Counted from the first letter of the stretch, positions 10,482 to 21,735 are shown. The stretch: 54,093 bases of DNA from an uncultured Alphaproteobacteria bacterium (GCA_947085465.1 CAMTWQ010000046.1:1-54093); one strand, 5' to 3'. Numbers and translations: made by a program. The notes: a model not told the origin generated them from the sequence alone.

Positions 10482-11195
10482 CTAATGATATTTTCGGTAG
10501 ATGCCGACAAGCTGTCCTTGCACGGTGACCTGATCAGGTCCGCAAATGCGGGTTTTGTACTGGGGATTAGCGGGCTCCAGCGCAATCGACGCGCCCCTGC
10601 GGCGTAACCGTTTGAGTGTCGCCTCGGTCCCATCCACCAGGGCGACGACAATCGCGCCATTCTCAGCCGTGTCGCATTGTTTGACGAGCGCAATATCGCC
10701 ATCAAGAATTCCGGCGTCAATCATCGAATCGCCCTGCACCTCAAGCGCGAAATGCTGACCGCCCGCCAGCAGATCGGCGGGAAAGCCAATGGTGGTGGAA
10801 CGGTCCTCCAGCGCCTCGATCGGCGTGCCTGCGGCGATGCGACCAAGCAGCGGAATATTGAGAATCTCGTTTGCCGTACCGGACCGCGCGGCGGGCGCCA
10901 GCTTGGTGAAGGCGGTGCGGCTGCCCTCAATGACATTGGGCGAAAAGCCCCGCGCCCTCTGGGTTACCGGCGAAGTCACATTGTCAGGCAGGCGCAGCAC
11001 CTCCAGCGCCCGCGCCCGGTTTGGCAGACGCCGGATAAACCCGCGTTCCTCCAGCGCGTTGATCAGCCGGTGAATGCCCGACTTGGATTTCAGATCAAGC
11101 GCGTCCTTCATCTCATCGAAAGAGGGCGAAATGCCGCTTTCGCGAATCCGCTCATGGATGAAAATCAGCAGCTCATATTGTTTGCTGGTCAGCAT
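10482..11195 (-). CDS. lexA: SOS transcriptional repressor LexA
   Basis: MLT.KQ..LL.FI N-terminus, IAAG cleavage site, GDSM catalytic Ser, TLK catalytic Lys; start moved to ATG 11195. Confidence 0.97.
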   Translation of the reverse strand: MLTSKQYELLIFIHERIRESGISPSFDEMKDALDLKSKSGIHRLINALEERGFIRRLPNRARALEVLRLPDNVTSPVTQRARGFSPNVIEGSRTAFTKLAPAARSGTANEILNIPLLGRIAAGTPIEALEDRSTTIGFPADLLAGGQHFALEVQGDSMIDAGILDGDIALVKQCDTAENGAIVVALVDGTEATLKRLRRRGASIALEPANPQYKTRICGPDQVTVQGQLVGIYRKYH

Positions 11196-11251
11196 GTTCT
11201 GCCCCCTCCCGTGAAGCCATTTCAAGAACAAAAGCGGTAGACGCAATGCCT

Positions 11252-11266
11252 GTTCTAGTTTGGTTC
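11252..11266. promoter_or_regulatory. Alphaproteobacterial SOS (LexA) box GTTC-N7-GTTC
   Basis: GTTC tagtttg GTTC about 57 bp upstream of lexA; possible weaker second site GAAC-N7-GTAG at 11226-11240. Confidence 0.85.
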
Positions 11267-11337
11267 ATGGAATGTGTCAAGCGCCAAATCAGTTATTTTT
11301 CGAAATTGGCGGCTTGCCTGCTAAACGCAACAGCAAG

Positions 11338-12549
11338 CTAATCCGTATCCAGCAGCAACACCTGCACCATATCCCCCGCCTTGGCTTGGGGCGCAAATGG
11401 CGCGCGGATGATCAGGCAATCTGCCCGCGCCAGGCTGGACAACATGGCGCTGTCCTGCACCGCGAACGCGGTGGCGATCCCATCGGCGCTGAGGCTGGCG
11501 CGCAGATAATCCTGCCGGTTGTCGTTGGCTCTCAGATCCGCGCCGAGCACCGCCTTGCTGGGATAGGGCTTGGGATTGCTTTCGCCGAGCATGGCGCTGA
11601 GCGCCGGACGCACGAACAACAACGCGCACACCAGGGCGGACACTGGATTCCCGGGCAGGCCGATCAGTGGCGTCTCAAGGATATGGCCAAAGATCAGCGG
11701 CTTGCCCGGGCGCATGGCGATGTTCCAGAAATCAATCTTCAGGCCGGCTTCGCCCAGCACGCTGCGCACCAGATCATGATCGCCAACTGACGCGCCGCCG
11801 AGCGTGATCAGCATGTCGGCGCCGCGCGCGCCCGCCGCCATCGTGCGCAGCGACAAACGATTATCGGCGGCAATGCCAAGATCAATGGCCTCCCCGCCAG
11901 CCGCCTTGATGATCGCCGCCAACCCCAGGCTGTTCGAGCTGACAATCTGATCCGGCCCGATCGGCTCGCCCGGACGCACCAGTTCGTCGCCGGTAGCCAG
12001 CAGCGCCACGCGCGGCCTGCGGCGCACCGCCAGCCAGGGAACATTCATCGCGGCGGCCAGCGCCACATCGCGCGGCCCAAGCCGGCGTCCGGCCGCCAGC
12101 AGCACGTCACCGGTTCGAAAGTCCAGCCCCTCCAGGCGGATATGTTTTCCGGGCGTGATGGGCTGCTGAACAGTCACCTGATCACCCGTTGCGGTGGTGT
12201 CTTCCTGAATGACAATGGCGTCCGCCCCCTGGGGAACTGCGCCGCCGGTAAAGATACGCACCGCTTGCCCAGGTCCTAACGTTCTCAAAAACGAAGCCCC
12301 GGCGGGGGCCTGCCCTATGATTGTAAGCTGTGCGGGAAGTTGCGCCACATCGCTGCTGCGCACCGCATAGCCATCCATGGCGGAAACGGCGAACGGCGGA
12401 TGGGTTCGCCTTGACGTCACCGGTTCCGCCAGAACGCGGCCCAGCGCGTCGGCGATGCCGACTATTTCCGGCGCAACAGGCCGCATCGCCCAGGAAATCC
12501 GCTCCAGGGCCTCTGCTACCGGCATCAGTGGCGGGCGCGCATTACTCAT
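11338..12549 (-). CDS. moeA: Molybdopterin molybdotransferase
   Basis: SAMDGYA, TGDEL, GGASVG and LPGNP motifs. Confidence 0.95.
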   Translation of the reverse strand: MSNARPPLMPVAEALERISWAMRPVAPEIVGIADALGRVLAEPVTSRRTHPPFAVSAMDGYAVRSSDVAQLPAQLTIIGQAPAGASFLRTLGPGQAVRIFTGGAVPQGADAIVIQEDTTATGDQVTVQQPITPGKHIRLEGLDFRTGDVLLAAGRRLGPRDVALAAAMNVPWLAVRRRPRVALLATGDELVRPGEPIGPDQIVSSNSLGLAAIIKAAGGEAIDLGIAADNRLSLRTMAAGARGADMLITLGGASVGDHDLVRSVLGEAGLKIDFWNIAMRPGKPLIFGHILETPLIGLPGNPVSALVCALLFVRPALSAMLGESNPKPYPSKAVLGADLRANDNRQDYLRASLSADGIATAFAVQDSAMLSSLARADCLIIRAPFAPQAKAGDMVQVLLLDTD

Positions 12550-13028
12550 GACGCGGTATAGACACCGGACGCGCCGCCCGACTTGTGTTTAAGATAAGTG
12601 GGACCGATGCGCATGCCGCGATCCACCGCCTTGCACATGTCGTAAATTGTCAGCGCAGCGATGGAAGCCGCTGTCAGGGCTTCCATTTCCACGCCCGTTC
12701 GTCCCGTCAATTTAGCCGTGGCGGTGATCTCGATTTGATGCTTTTTCGTATTGGGAGCCAGATCGATGCTAACTTGCGTCAGCGCCAGAGGGTGGCAGAG
12801 CGGGATCAGATCGGCGGTGCGCTTTGCCGCCATGATGCCGGCCAGACGCGCAACGCCCAGCACATCCCCCTTGCTCACATTGCCGCCAATAATTAACTGC
12901 AAGGTTTCCGGCTGCATGGTGATGCTGCTGTGGGCGATGGCGATGCGGGCTGTTTCGGCCTTGCCCGCAACGTCAACCATTGCCGCATTGCCCTTATCGT
13001 CGAAATGGGTAAGGCGTTTGCGCGGCAT
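12546..13028 (-). CDS. moaC: Cyclic pyranopterin monophosphate synthase
   Basis: MVDV..K, LIPLCHP, GVEMEAL and IYDMCKA motifs. Confidence 0.96.
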   Translation of the reverse strand: MPRKRLTHFDDKGNAAMVDVAGKAETARIAIAHSSITMQPETLQLIIGGNVSKGDVLGVARLAGIMAAKRTADLIPLCHPLALTQVSIDLAPNTKKHQIEITATAKLTGRTGVEMEALTAASIAALTIYDMCKAVDRGMRIGPTYLKHKSGGASGVYTAS

Positions 13029-13825
13029 TAACGTACCTTGCTTAGCAGCGCCCTTGTGGCGGCTTCCACATCGTTTTGGCGCATCAGGCTCTCACCCACC
13101 AGAAAACAGTTGACGCCGATAGCCGCACAACGCGCCAGGTCTGCGGGCGTGGCAAGGCCGCTTTCACCGACCACCAGCCGGTCAGCAGGAATGTGCTTTT
13201 TTAAGCCGATTGTCGTTTCAAGCGATGTCTTAAAGGTTTTTAGATTGCGGTTATTTATACCAATCATCTTGCTAGATAGTTTAAGTGCGCGGGTAAGCTC
13301 ATCGGCGTCATGCACTTCAACCAGAACGTCCATATTCCAGCGCTGCGCCACGCTTTCTAACTCCGCCGCCTGGGCGTCCGAAACAGCGGCCATAATAATC
13401 AAAATACAGTCCGCGCCAAGCGCGCGCGCCTCGACCACCTGATAGGGATCATACATGAAATCCTTGCGCAGCACCGGCAGCAAAACCGCCTCGCGCGCCT
13501 GGGTCAGAAATTCCGGGGCGCCCTGAAACGATGGCGTGTCGGTGAGCACGGAAAGACAGGCGGCGCCACCCGCCGAATAGGCCCGCGCCAGGTCTGCCGG
13601 ATGAAAATCAGCGCGGATCAGACCTTTTGATGGGCTGGCCTTTTTAATTTCGGCGATCAGGCCATAGGCGCCGCGCGCCACGTTTGCTTGCAGGGCCTGT
13701 ATAAAACCACGCACCGGCGGGGCGGATTGCGCCATCGCCTCCATGTGCGCTAGCGGCAGTGTGGCCTTGGCTGCGGCGATTTCTTGCAGCTTATACGCGC
13801 CAATCTTGCCTAATATATCGCTCAC
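13028..13825 (-). CDS. trpC: Indole-3-glycerol phosphate synthase
   Basis: [17 protein letters not shown] and GINNRNL motifs. Confidence 0.97.
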   Translation of the reverse strand: MSDILGKIGAYKLQEIAAAKATLPLAHMEAMAQSAPPVRGFIQALQANVARGAYGLIAEIKKASPSKGLIRADFHPADLARAYSAGGAACLSVLTDTPSFQGAPEFLTQAREAVLLPVLRKDFMYDPYQVVEARALGADCILIIMAAVSDAQAAELESVAQRWNMDVLVEVHDADELTRALKLSSKMIGINNRNLKTFKTSLETTIGLKKHIPADRLVVGESGLATPADLARCAAIGVNCFLVGESLMRQNDVEAATRALLSKVR

Positions 13826-14847
13826 GGGGCTGGCTTGCCGTTGGAGACCGCAACAAGACGCGCCAGAACCTTTGCCGCTGCGCCGCTGGCGATGGCGTTG
13901 GCGGCCAGCGTAACGCCTGCTTTCAGATCGCTGGCTTTGCCCGCCACAATCAGCGCCGCGCTGGCGTTAAACAGCACAATATCGCGGTAGGCGCCCTTGT
14001 GTCCGGCCAGCAAATGACGGATGGCGGCGGCATTGGCCTCGCTATCGCCGCCCAGGAGCTCGATGGCTTCCGCCACAGGCAAGCCGGCATCGGCAGGGGT
14101 GATCTCAAAACTTCTGATGTGACCGTTTTCCAGCGCCGCCACATAGCTTGGCCCGGTGGTGGTAATTTCATCCAGCCCGTCAGAGCCGTGCACGACCCAG
14201 GCGCGCTCCGCGCCGAGATTGTCCAGCACCTGCGCCAGCGGTTCCACCCATTGCCGGGAAAAAACGCCAATCAATTGCCGCCGCGCGCCAGCAGGATTGG
14301 AGAGCGGTCCCAGCAGATTGAAGATGGTTCGGGCGCCCAGTTCAACCCGCGCCGCGCTCACATGCTTCATTGCGCCATGGTGCCGCGGCGCCATCATGAA
14401 ACCGAGACCAGCCAGGCGGATACATTCAGCAACCACCTCTGGCGGAGTGTCGATATTAACGCCCAGCGCCATTAGCACGTCCGCTGAACCGGTTTTCGAG
14501 GACAGTGCGCGATTGCCATGCTTGGCCACTGGCACACCGCATGCCGCCACCACAAACGCCGCGCCAGTAGAAATATTGAACGTGCCGGAGGCGTCGCCGC
14601 CGGTGCCGCAGGTGTCGATGGCGTCGGCAGGCGCTTCAACGCGCAAGGCTTTCTCACGCATCACGCTGGCGGCGGCGGTGATTTCATCCACGGTCTCGCC
14701 GCGCACCCGCAACGCCATCAGAAAGCCGCCGATCTGCGCCTGGGTTGCTTCGCCCGTCATAATGATCTCAAAGGCGCGGCGCGCTTGCGCCAGATTGAGC
14801 GCCTCGCCGTTGGCGGCATGGGCGAGCAGTGACTTAAAATCACTCAT
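13822..14847 (-). CDS. trpD: Anthranilate phosphoribosyltransferase
   Basis: [12 protein letters not shown] and KHGNR motifs. Confidence 0.97.
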   Translation of the reverse strand: MSDFKSLLAHAANGEALNLAQARRAFEIIMTGEATQAQIGGFLMALRVRGETVDEITAAASVMREKALRVEAPADAIDTCGTGGDASGTFNISTGAAFVVAACGVPVAKHGNRALSSKTGSADVLMALGVNIDTPPEVVAECIRLAGLGFMMAPRHHGAMKHVSAARVELGARTIFNLLGPLSNPAGARRQLIGVFSRQWVEPLAQVLDNLGAERAWVVHGSDGLDEITTTGPSYVAALENGHIRSFEITPADAGLPVAEAIELLGGDSEANAAAIRHLLAGHKGAYRDIVLFNASAALIVAGKASDLKAGVTLAANAIASGAAAKVLARLVAVSNGKPAP

Positions 14848-15440
14848 GCTTCTGTCCAGGCTGCAACGTTCTGGCCGGTGAGCAGCAGGAAATTGCGCAG
14901 CAAGTGGTGGCCAAACTGCGAGGCGATGCTTTCCGGGTGGAACTGCACCCCATGCACCGGATGGGTGCGATGCGCGACCCCCATGATCACCCCGTCAGAT
15001 GTGTGCGCCGTGACCTCCAGGCAGGCGGGCAGGCTGGCCCGCTCAATCACCAGGCTATGATAGCGAGTCGCCTGAAATTCTGTCGGCATGTCTTTGAACA
15101 CGCCGCTGTTTATGTGCGTGATCGCGCTCAGCTTGCCATGCATCACTGGATTGGTTCGCACGATTCGCCCGCCATAGGCCTGGCCGATGCATTGATGCCC
15201 CAGGCAGACGCCAAGAATCGGGATGGCGCCGTTCACTTTGGCGATCAGCTCAAGGCAAATCCCCGCCTGGTCTGGGTCACATGGGCCAGGTGAAATGACG
15301 ATGCCGGACGGGCGCTGGGCAATAACCTCCTCCGGCGTGATTTTGTCATTGCGGACAACGCGGGTGACAGCCCCCAGTTCACCCAGGAAGTGCACCAGGT
15401 TGTAGGTAAAACTGTCATAATTATCGATCAGGATTAGCAT
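14844..15440 (-). CDS. trpG: Anthranilate synthase component II (glutamine amidotransferase)
   Basis: [22 protein letters not shown] and QFHPE motifs; start moved to ATG 15440. Confidence 0.95.
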   Translation of the reverse strand: MLILIDNYDSFTYNLVHFLGELGAVTRVVRNDKITPEEVIAQRPSGIVISPGPCDPDQAGICLELIAKVNGAIPILGVCLGHQCIGQAYGGRIVRTNPVMHGKLSAITHINSGVFKDMPTEFQATRYHSLVIERASLPACLEVTAHTSDGVIMGVAHRTHPVHGVQFHPESIASQFGHHLLRNFLLLTGQNVAAWTEA

Positions 15441-15467
15441 CAGGCACCTTATCACAGAATATGCGGC

Positions 15468-15998
15468 TCAAGAAACCTGAACACTCCCCGCCGCCCCACT
15501 AACCGCATTGCTGTAATGCTGCTGGGCGATGATCTCGACGATCTGTTCAAGATAGGCTTGATCGGTTTCATCGAATCCGAAAAGCTCGCTGCTGTCGGCG
15601 TCAAGCACCAGGCGGGTTTCGCCATTATGCACCAGCGGCACGACAATTTCCGATTTTGACAAGCTGCTACAGGCGATATGGCCGGGGAACTTATCCACAT
15701 CGGGCACTATCAGGGTTTTTTGTGTGGCCGCTGCCGCGCCGCATACGCCCCGCCCAAATGCAATGGTGACGCAGGCAAGCGGACCCTGAAACGGCCCCAA
15801 GGTCAGCGTTCCGGGCCTGGTCGTCCGGTAGAACCCCACCCAGTGAAAGTCAAAAGCCTGTTTCAAAATGGCGGCGATATTGGCCAGATTGGCGATTAGG
15901 TCATCGACGCCCTCCACCACCGCCCGGATCTGCGGCATGACGGCTTCATACACATCTTGCTTGGCGGCGTTTTCAGGCAGCTTCAGCGCTTCAGTCAA
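15468..15998 (-). CDS. msrC: GAF-domain free methionine-R-sulfoxide reductase
   Basis: WVGFY, LGPFQG..AC, GRGVCG and FPGHIAC...SKSEIVVP motifs. Confidence 0.85.
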   Translation of the reverse strand: MTEALKLPENAAKQDVYEAVMPQIRAVVEGVDDLIANLANIAAILKQAFDFHWVGFYRTTRPGTLTLGPFQGPLACVTIAFGRGVCGAAAATQKTLIVPDVDKFPGHIACSSLSKSEIVVPLVHNGETRLVLDADSSELFGFDETDQAYLEQIVEIIAQQHYSNAVSGAAGSVQVS

Positions 15999-16172
15999 TG
16001 TGTTAGCCTCGTCTCTTTTGGCGCCATATTAAGTGGGACCGCCTGGGCGGAAAATTAACCCGCTCTCCCCTATACCATTGGGCTTCATTTCTGTCTTGTC
16101 CGCATATGGCATTGTGGGAATCAGATTCCATATATAGTAGTTGGAGGCCGACCACTCTCAGGATTTAGGATA

Positions 16173-17030
16173 TTGACGGGATATATTCCTTCTCATTCTT
16201 TGCGTTCCATATTTTTCTTGCTGGCGGGCTTTGCGGCCAGTTTGCAGCCTTGCCTGGCTGAATCATATCGCCGGAGTGCAGGGCCGCAGGCTTGGGAACA
16301 GCATGCGATGGCCGCGCCGGAGAATGCCCTTAATTTGCCGTTAATCGCTATTGTCATTGATGACGTTGGCGTCAGCCCGCGGCGGGTTGACGCCGTGTTA
16401 TCCCTTCCGGCCCCGGTTACTTTGGCGGTGCTGCCCTACGCGCCGCATGCCGCGCGGGTGGCGGCGGCGGCGTCGGCGAGCGGTCACGAAATCCTGCTGC
16501 ATTTGCCGATGGAGTCGGCGAGCGGCACCGACCCCGGCCCGCAGGCGTTGCTTGGCTCCCTATCTGCTGAGGCGTTTAACCAAAGGCTGCACTGGAATCT
16601 GGTCCAGTTCAAAGGCTATATCGGCGTTAACAACCATATGGGCAGCCTGCTGACTCAAAATCAGGATGCGATGCACGGGCTGCACGCGGTCTTGCGTCAA
16701 CGGGGATTGATGTTTCTTGATTCTCGCACAGGGCCGCGGACGGTTGCTGGGGCAATCGGCCGCAGCATGGGCGTGCCGGTTGTGGAGCGCGATATTTTTC
16801 TTGATAACATCATTTCGGCGGAAAATATCCGTGCGCAGTTACTAAAGACTGAAGACGCCGCACGGCGCACTGGCTTCGCCATTGCAATCGGGCATCCCCA
16901 TGACGCGACATTGGCGGAGTTGCGCCAGTGGGCGCAGGAGGCCGAGGCGCGGGGCTTTAGGCTTGTGCCGCTGTCGGCGATGCTAAACGCCAGGCGCAGG
17001 CTGGATAGCGCAGCACTTACGGGCGAATAA
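16173..17030 (+). CDS. Divergent polysaccharide deacetylase family protein (YibQ/DUF610)
   Basis: IAIVIDDVG, HEILLHLPME, GVNNHMGS, FLDSRT and AIGHP motifs; N-terminal signal-like segment. Confidence 0.9.
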   Translation: MTGYIPSHSLRSIFFLLAGFAASLQPCLAESYRRSAGPQAWEQHAMAAPENALNLPLIAIVIDDVGVSPRRVDAVLSLPAPVTLAVLPYAPHAARVAAAASASGHEILLHLPMESASGTDPGPQALLGSLSAEAFNQRLHWNLVQFKGYIGVNNHMGSLLTQNQDAMHGLHAVLRQRGLMFLDSRTGPRTVAGAIGRSMGVPVVERDIFLDNIISAENIRAQLLKTEDAARRTGFAIAIGHPHDATLAELRQWAQEAEARGFRLVPLSAMLNARRRLDSAALTGE

Positions 17031-17093
17031 CGTCTACTGCCCCTTGCCTGCGGCGGTCGCGAAGCGAACGGCTTCTTGGCTGTGCAATTGCGC

Positions 17094-17609
17094 TCATTTG
17101 TCCCAAGCGGTTTGATCGAGCGGTAGCGCGCTGTGAGGATCGTAAACGACGATCGAGTCAAATATCTTGGGATATAAAACTAGGTTCACTCCCCCATTGG
17201 ACATTTGCGATGGGAACAGAATCCCCTTGACGCCAGCGGCAATTACTTCATCGCCTATGATCCAGCTTGGCGGCTCGGCACGTTTGTTAAACCACAAGTC
17301 ACGCCAATCGCAATCGAAGTCCTGCCAATACGGCTTCCAGGAAGACGCAGAGTAGCCTTGCCGGAAATCGGCAACCGGCCCCGCCGTTAGTTGGTAGCTG
17401 GTTAGTGTGCCGGGTTGTAACAGCGGGGATAGCTGCTGATATTCCTGAATCGCTGTAATACTGTCCAGCGCCAGGTAGAGAGCTTCCACGCCTGGACGGT
17501 TGACTCGACCGCCATGCTTCGCCGCGCCCGCTCCACTGGTTGGTGTAACGGCCCATTTCGGATCATGCATTCGATAGACCGTCGCATTGTCCAGCCGCGC
17601 AGGGATCAT
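17094..17609 (-). CDS. RES-domain toxin (type II TA)
   Basis: YR..., SG.GA..HGGRVN, ALYLA, conserved Glu, GILFPS and NLVLY; ATGA overlap with the upstream antitoxin. Confidence 0.88.
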   Translation of the reverse strand: MIPARLDNATVYRMHDPKWAVTPTSGAGAAKHGGRVNRPGVEALYLALDSITAIQEYQQLSPLLQPGTLTSYQLTAGPVADFRQGYSASSWKPYWQDFDCDWRDLWFNKRAEPPSWIIGDEVIAAGVKGILFPSQMSNGGVNLVLYPKIFDSIVVYDPHSALPLDQTAWDK

Positions 17610-18010
17610 CCCACCGCCCCGGCTTCAAGCGACTGGATGTAGCGCAGCAAGTCGTCAGTACGTCCACTTGCAACCAAATGTTCAGCCGTTGTGTAGTCGA
17701 ATGTGGAAAGTGGCGCGTTGCGATACCAGGATATTGCCCGGTCGACATTGCCCGACAGGTCGGTTGCCGCCCTTAGCACCCGGAGCACTTCGCGAAGAAA
17801 GCGCTGTACGCTTTCTGACCCAGGGGTGCGGCTGAGTGTATTGCGGTGGACCCGCGCCTGTCTGGCCAGCGTCTGCATATCAATGCTCAATATTTCACTG
17901 AAGCGATTCGGCGAAAGCGTCGAGGCGCCTGCACCATCCTCATGGAGAAACTTCAGAAAATCGTCAAAGTTTGAGCCAAACGTAGGAACTGCATGGGCGG
18001 CGGTCGACAT
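17606..18010 (-). CDS. Xre/MbcA/ParS-like antitoxin (DUF2384-type)
   Basis: LA..A.VHRNTL HTH-like segment and A..WY...PL..F...T...LV..GR C-terminus; paired with RES. Confidence 0.82.
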   Translation of the reverse strand: MSTAAHAVPTFGSNFDDFLKFLHEDGAGASTLSPNRFSEILSIDMQTLARQARVHRNTLSRTPGSESVQRFLREVLRVLRAATDLSGNVDRAISWYRNAPLSTFDYTTAEHLVASGRTDDLLRYIQSLEAGAVG

Positions 18011-18022
18011 AGGGGTTAACTC

Positions 18023-18229
18023 CTAGAGCGTTTTTAGGAAAACCCGGACCGGGTTTTCCGGTCAAAAACGCGGCCAGATATAAAAGCCAGAGCATTTTCA
18101 GCAGCTTTCAAAACGCTCTGGCTTTTTTTTAACCGCATTTTCGGGTGCCTTTACGGAGTCGCGTGACACCGTAAAGGCTAAAATGGCACTAAAATATCAA
18201 CTCGACCATGTGATCCGAACATGGTCTAG
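18023..18229. repeat. Palindromic element 'G' (inverted copy of 36535-36704) plus a small GACCATG/CATGGTC hairpin
   Basis: CTAGAGCGTTTT.GGAAAACCCGG a CCGGGTTTTCC..AAAACGC and CCTTTACGG..CCGTAAAGG; CTAG at 18023 and 18226. Confidence 0.9.
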
Positions 18230-18248
18230 ACAAAAAACGAACATTTTA

Positions 18249-18283
18249 TGCATTATTAATGCACAATTTCTGAAGTGTGTCAA
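18249..18283 (-). promoter_or_regulatory. Putative TA operon promoter and operator
   Basis: TTGACA on the minus strand at 18283-18278, with a perfect inverted repeat TGCATTA-T-TAATGCA (18249-18263) over the expected -10 region. Confidence 0.5.
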
Positions 18284-18325
18284 GCTGACCGGTCACTGAA
18301 GTTTTGCCCAGCAACCTGCTATGGG

Positions 18326-19846
18326 TTACTGCCCCTTGCTGGCGGCTGAGGCAAAACGCACAGCCTCTTCCGCCGCGCGCACCAGCGCCCTGGCCTTGGT
18401 GATGGATTCCTGATATTCGGCTTCCGGATCGCTGTCGGCGACCACGCCGCCGCCCGCCTGAAAATACAGCGCCTTGTCTTTGACTACCGCGGTTCTGATC
18501 GCGATACAGTTATCCATCGAGCCATTGGCGGAGAAATAACCGACGCATCCGGCATAGACGCCGCGTTTTTCTTTTTCCAGTTCGTCGATGATTTCCATCG
18601 CCCGGATTTTTGGCGCGCCGCTGACTGTGCCTGCTGGAAAGCCGGCGCATAGGGCTGAGATTGCATCATATTCCGGCGCAATCCGGCCTTCCACATTCGA
18701 CACCAGATGAATGATGTGGGAATAATATTCGGTCATGAATTGGCCGGTGACCTTGACGCTGCCAATCCGCGACACGCGGCCGACATCGTTGCGGCCAAGA
18801 TCGAGCAGCATCAAATGCTCGGCCCGTTCTTTTTCGTCATTGATCAGTTCATGCGCCATTACGGCGTCTTGCTCTGGTGTGGCGCCGCGCGGGCGCGATC
18901 CCGCCAGCGGGCGGATGGTGATCACATTGTCATGCAACCGCACCAGTATCTCGGGGCTGGAGCCGACAATGGCGAAATCGCCAAAATCCAGAAAGTTCAT
19001 ATAGGGTGAGGGATTAATCCGCCGCAGCGCGCGATACAGCGCAAATGGCGGCAATTCAAACGGCAGGCTAAAGCGTTGGCTTGGCACCACCTGAAATATA
19101 TCTCCGGCGCGGATATATTCCTTCGCCCGCTCGACCATGGCGTGATATTCCGCGCGGGTTGTATTTGATTGCGGTTCCGGCAGCGTAGCGAGGCTGTCCA
19201 GCCGGTAATTGGCGGTGTGCGGCAGCGGTTTTTCAAAATCCGCAACCACATCGCTAAGCCGTTCGGCGGCTCTTGCATAAGCAGCGCGCGCATTCACGTC
19301 TTTTGCGGGCCAGACCGGCGTCACCACGCTTATTGTGTCTTTGACGGAATCGAAAATCACCATGATGGTGGGACGCATGAAAACACCATCCGGCAGGCCA
19401 AGCGGATCAGGATTGGGCGGCGGCAATTTCTCCATGAGCCGCACCATGTCATAACCCATATAGCCGAATAGGCCGGCCGCCATTGGGGGCAGGCCGGCGG
19501 GCAGATCGAGCCGCATCTCGCGCACCAGTTTGCGCAGGGAATCGAGCGCGCCTTCCGCGCAGGACTCCCAGGCGTCTGGAAAATCACGCGCCTTTGAATT
19601 GATCTCGGCGCGATCAGCCCGGCAGCGCCAGATCAGATCCGGTTTCATGCCGATAAAGGAATAGCGCCCGCGCGCGGCGCCGCCCTCTACGGACTCAAAC
19701 AAAAAACTGTAGGGCTGCCCGTGCGCCAGCTTAAGCATGACCGAAACGGGCGTATCCAGGTCAGCAACCAGATTGGTCCACACGGCTTGCGGCGCGCCCG
19801 CATCATACATCTTGGTGAAGGCGTCAAATTCAGGTTCAACGCGCAT
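18326..19846 (-). CDS. trpE: Anthranilate synthase component I
   Basis: FLFESVEGG..RGRYS, GDIFQVV, EHLMLLDLGRND and PAGTVSGAPK motifs. Confidence 0.96.
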   Translation of the reverse strand: MRVEPEFDAFTKMYDAGAPQAVWTNLVADLDTPVSVMLKLAHGQPYSFLFESVEGGAARGRYSFIGMKPDLIWRCRADRAEINSKARDFPDAWESCAEGALDSLRKLVREMRLDLPAGLPPMAAGLFGYMGYDMVRLMEKLPPPNPDPLGLPDGVFMRPTIMVIFDSVKDTISVVTPVWPAKDVNARAAYARAAERLSDVVADFEKPLPHTANYRLDSLATLPEPQSNTTRAEYHAMVERAKEYIRAGDIFQVVPSQRFSLPFELPPFALYRALRRINPSPYMNFLDFGDFAIVGSSPEILVRLHDNVITIRPLAGSRPRGATPEQDAVMAHELINDEKERAEHLMLLDLGRNDVGRVSRIGSVKVTGQFMTEYYSHIIHLVSNVEGRIAPEYDAISALCAGFPAGTVSGAPKIRAMEIIDELEKEKRGVYAGCVGYFSANGSMDNCIAIRTAVVKDKALYFQAGGGVVADSDPEAEYQESITKARALVRAAEEAVRFASAASKGQ

Positions 19847-19848
19847 CG

Positions 19849-21735
19849 TTATTGCTCATCACTGATGTTCGTGAGCTGGTTTTCATTTATGCTGACCTGG
19901 TAATCACGTTCGAGAACGCTTTGGTATTGCGCCAGAATATCGGTTTGCATGGCCTCGCCGAGTTTTTTTCGCCCTTGCGCCACTATCTCCGCTTGGGTGG
20001 TTAAATCAGCCGGTGAGATTTTGCTCAAGCGCGCCAGCACAATCCCGCCTTGCGGCGCGGGGCTTGTAATAACGCCACCTTGTTGTTCTGCGAATAATTT
20101 TGTCACCGCTCCAGCGCTCAAATGATCATCTTTATAATCCCGCCCAAAGGGGCCCGCCGTTAGCAGTTTCAGTTTGCGTTGCGCAGCGATTTTCGCCAGC
20201 GCAACGCCTGCTTTTATTTGGTTGAGCGACTCATCGGCAAGGCGTTGCAATTCCTCGCCGGTGCGTTGCGCGCGCCAGGCTGATTCCACATCCTTGCGCA
20301 CTTCATTAAGCGGGCGCAGCGCAGCCTTTGTAACCACATCCACCCGGATGACGTAATAACCGCCTTCCTTGTTTTCGCGCAGATCGCTTTCCGCATCCGC
20401 GTTAGTGGCGAAAATATCGGTTATGAAATTTGGATCCGCCGGCAGTTCAGCCACGGGATTGCCGCCTGCGTCATTCCCATTGCGGTCAACCTGCGGGATT
20501 TTGCGCAGCTTCAGGCCGAATTCAGCCGCCGCTTCTTCGAGGCTCGCTCCACCTGCGCGGGCGTCTTCAAGCTTATTGGTCAGTTCCACCATCAGGTCAC
20601 TGGCCCGGTTTAGCGCTGTTTCTTTCACCAGCCTATCGCGCACTTCGGCAAATTCTGGAATCCGTTCCTCGCGCAACGCGGTTATTTTTACAATCTGCCA
20701 GCCAAGCGGTGATTTGAATGGCCCGCCGGTTTCTCGCTCCTTAAGCGCCATGATCGCATCCGCTGTTTCCGGCAGCAGATCTTGCTTGGTGACTTCGAGT
20801 AATTTCAGATCATCTGGTTCGAGCCCTGCATATTGCTTGGCGATTTTGCGGAAATCCGCGCCCGCTCTGAGCTTGGCAATCGCCTCATTCGCCTTCGCCT
20901 CATCGTCGAGCACAAATTGCTCCAGATTGCGCATGCCGATGATGGTGAAATCCGCCAGCCGCGCCTGGTATTCAGTATGTAAATCTTCATCGCTGATTTT
21001 AATTCCAGCAGCGAGATCATCAGGCTTGAAAGTCAGAAAGCTAACGCCGCGTGTTTCAGGCGCGGTGAATAGCTCCGCGTTGGCTTGATAAAATTTTTCC
21101 AGTTCGCTCTCGGCGGGTTTTGGCGGGACGGCGATGGCGGTTTGCGGAATGAACAGCACCTCGGCGCTGCGTTGTTCGTTGTAACGGCGCAACACAGCCT
21201 CCACCATGCTTTTGGGCGGTTCCGCGCCAGAAGTAATGACTGCGATCAGTTGCCGGCGCGTCATATCGTCACGTATCCGTTCGACGAACACGGATTCCCT
21301 AAATCCATTATCTTGCAATGTGCGGTTAAAGCTCATGCGATCAAACATGCCGAAAGAGTCTTTGAAGTTTGCATCCTCCTTGATGCTCTGGGCGACGGTG
21401 GCGTCCGCCGTGGTCAGGCCCAATTCACGCGCATGCTTGTCGAACATCATGCGCACAATCATCTGGCGCAGAACCTCCTTGTCAAAACCCGCCTCACGGG
21501 CGCGCGCGGCGTCAAAATCAGCGCCACGCGCCTGTTGCAGGCGCTGCAATTCGCGCCGGAATTCGGCGCTGAATTCCTGCCCGCTGATCTGTGTGCCGGA
21601 AACTTCAGCCAGCGGTCTTTGGGCGGCGCCCGTCAAAAAGTCCGCAATGCCCCAAACGGCGAAACTGAGCACCAATATTCCCATGAAGATACGGGCTATC
21701 CAGCCCCCGGCGCCTTTGCGCATGGCAGTCAACAT
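19849..21735 (-). CDS. SurA-N/rotamase-domain membrane-anchored chaperone (PpiD-like)
   Basis: N-terminal TM (LSFAVWGI), SurA-like helical domain, KSPLGW rotamase remnant; usual neighbour of trpE. Confidence 0.88.
   Translation of the reverse strand: MLTAMRKGAGGWIARIFMGILVLSFAVWGIADFLTGAAQRPLAEVSGTQISGQEFSAEFRRELQRLQQARGADFDAARAREAGFDKEVLRQMIVRMMFDKHARELGLTTADATVAQSIKEDANFKDSFGMFDRMSFNRTLQDNGFRESVFVERIRDDMTRRQLIAVITSGAEPPKSMVEAVLRRYNEQRSAEVLFIPQTAIAVPPKPAESELEKFYQANAELFTAPETRGVSFLTFKPDDLAAGIKISDEDLHTEYQARLADFTIIGMRNLEQFVLDDEAKANEAIAKLRAGADFRKIAKQYAGLEPDDLKLLEVTKQDLLPETADAIMALKERETGGPFKSPLGWQIVKITALREERIPEFAEVRDRLVKETALNRASDLMVELTNKLEDARAGGASLEEAAAEFGLKLRKIPQVDRNGNDAGGNPVAELPADPNFITDIFATNADAESDLRENKEGGYYVIRVDVVTKAALRPLNEVRKDVESAWRAQRTGEELQRLADESLNQIKAGVALAKIAAQRKLKLLTAGPFGRDYKDDHLSAGAVTKLFAEQQGGVITSPAPQGGIVLARLSKISPADLTTQAEIVAQGRKKLGEAMQTDILAQYQSVLERDYQVSINENQLTNISDEQ

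Noticed and set aside
10476-10484. TAGAGTCTA between the convergent comEC and lexA stops as a repeat excision scar
   Set aside because: Two facing TAG stops 3 bp apart produce this by chance; too short to support
16173-17030. yibQ-like gene splitting trpE from trpG as a novelty
   Set aside because: This arrangement is already known in alphaproteobacteria such as Rhodobacter
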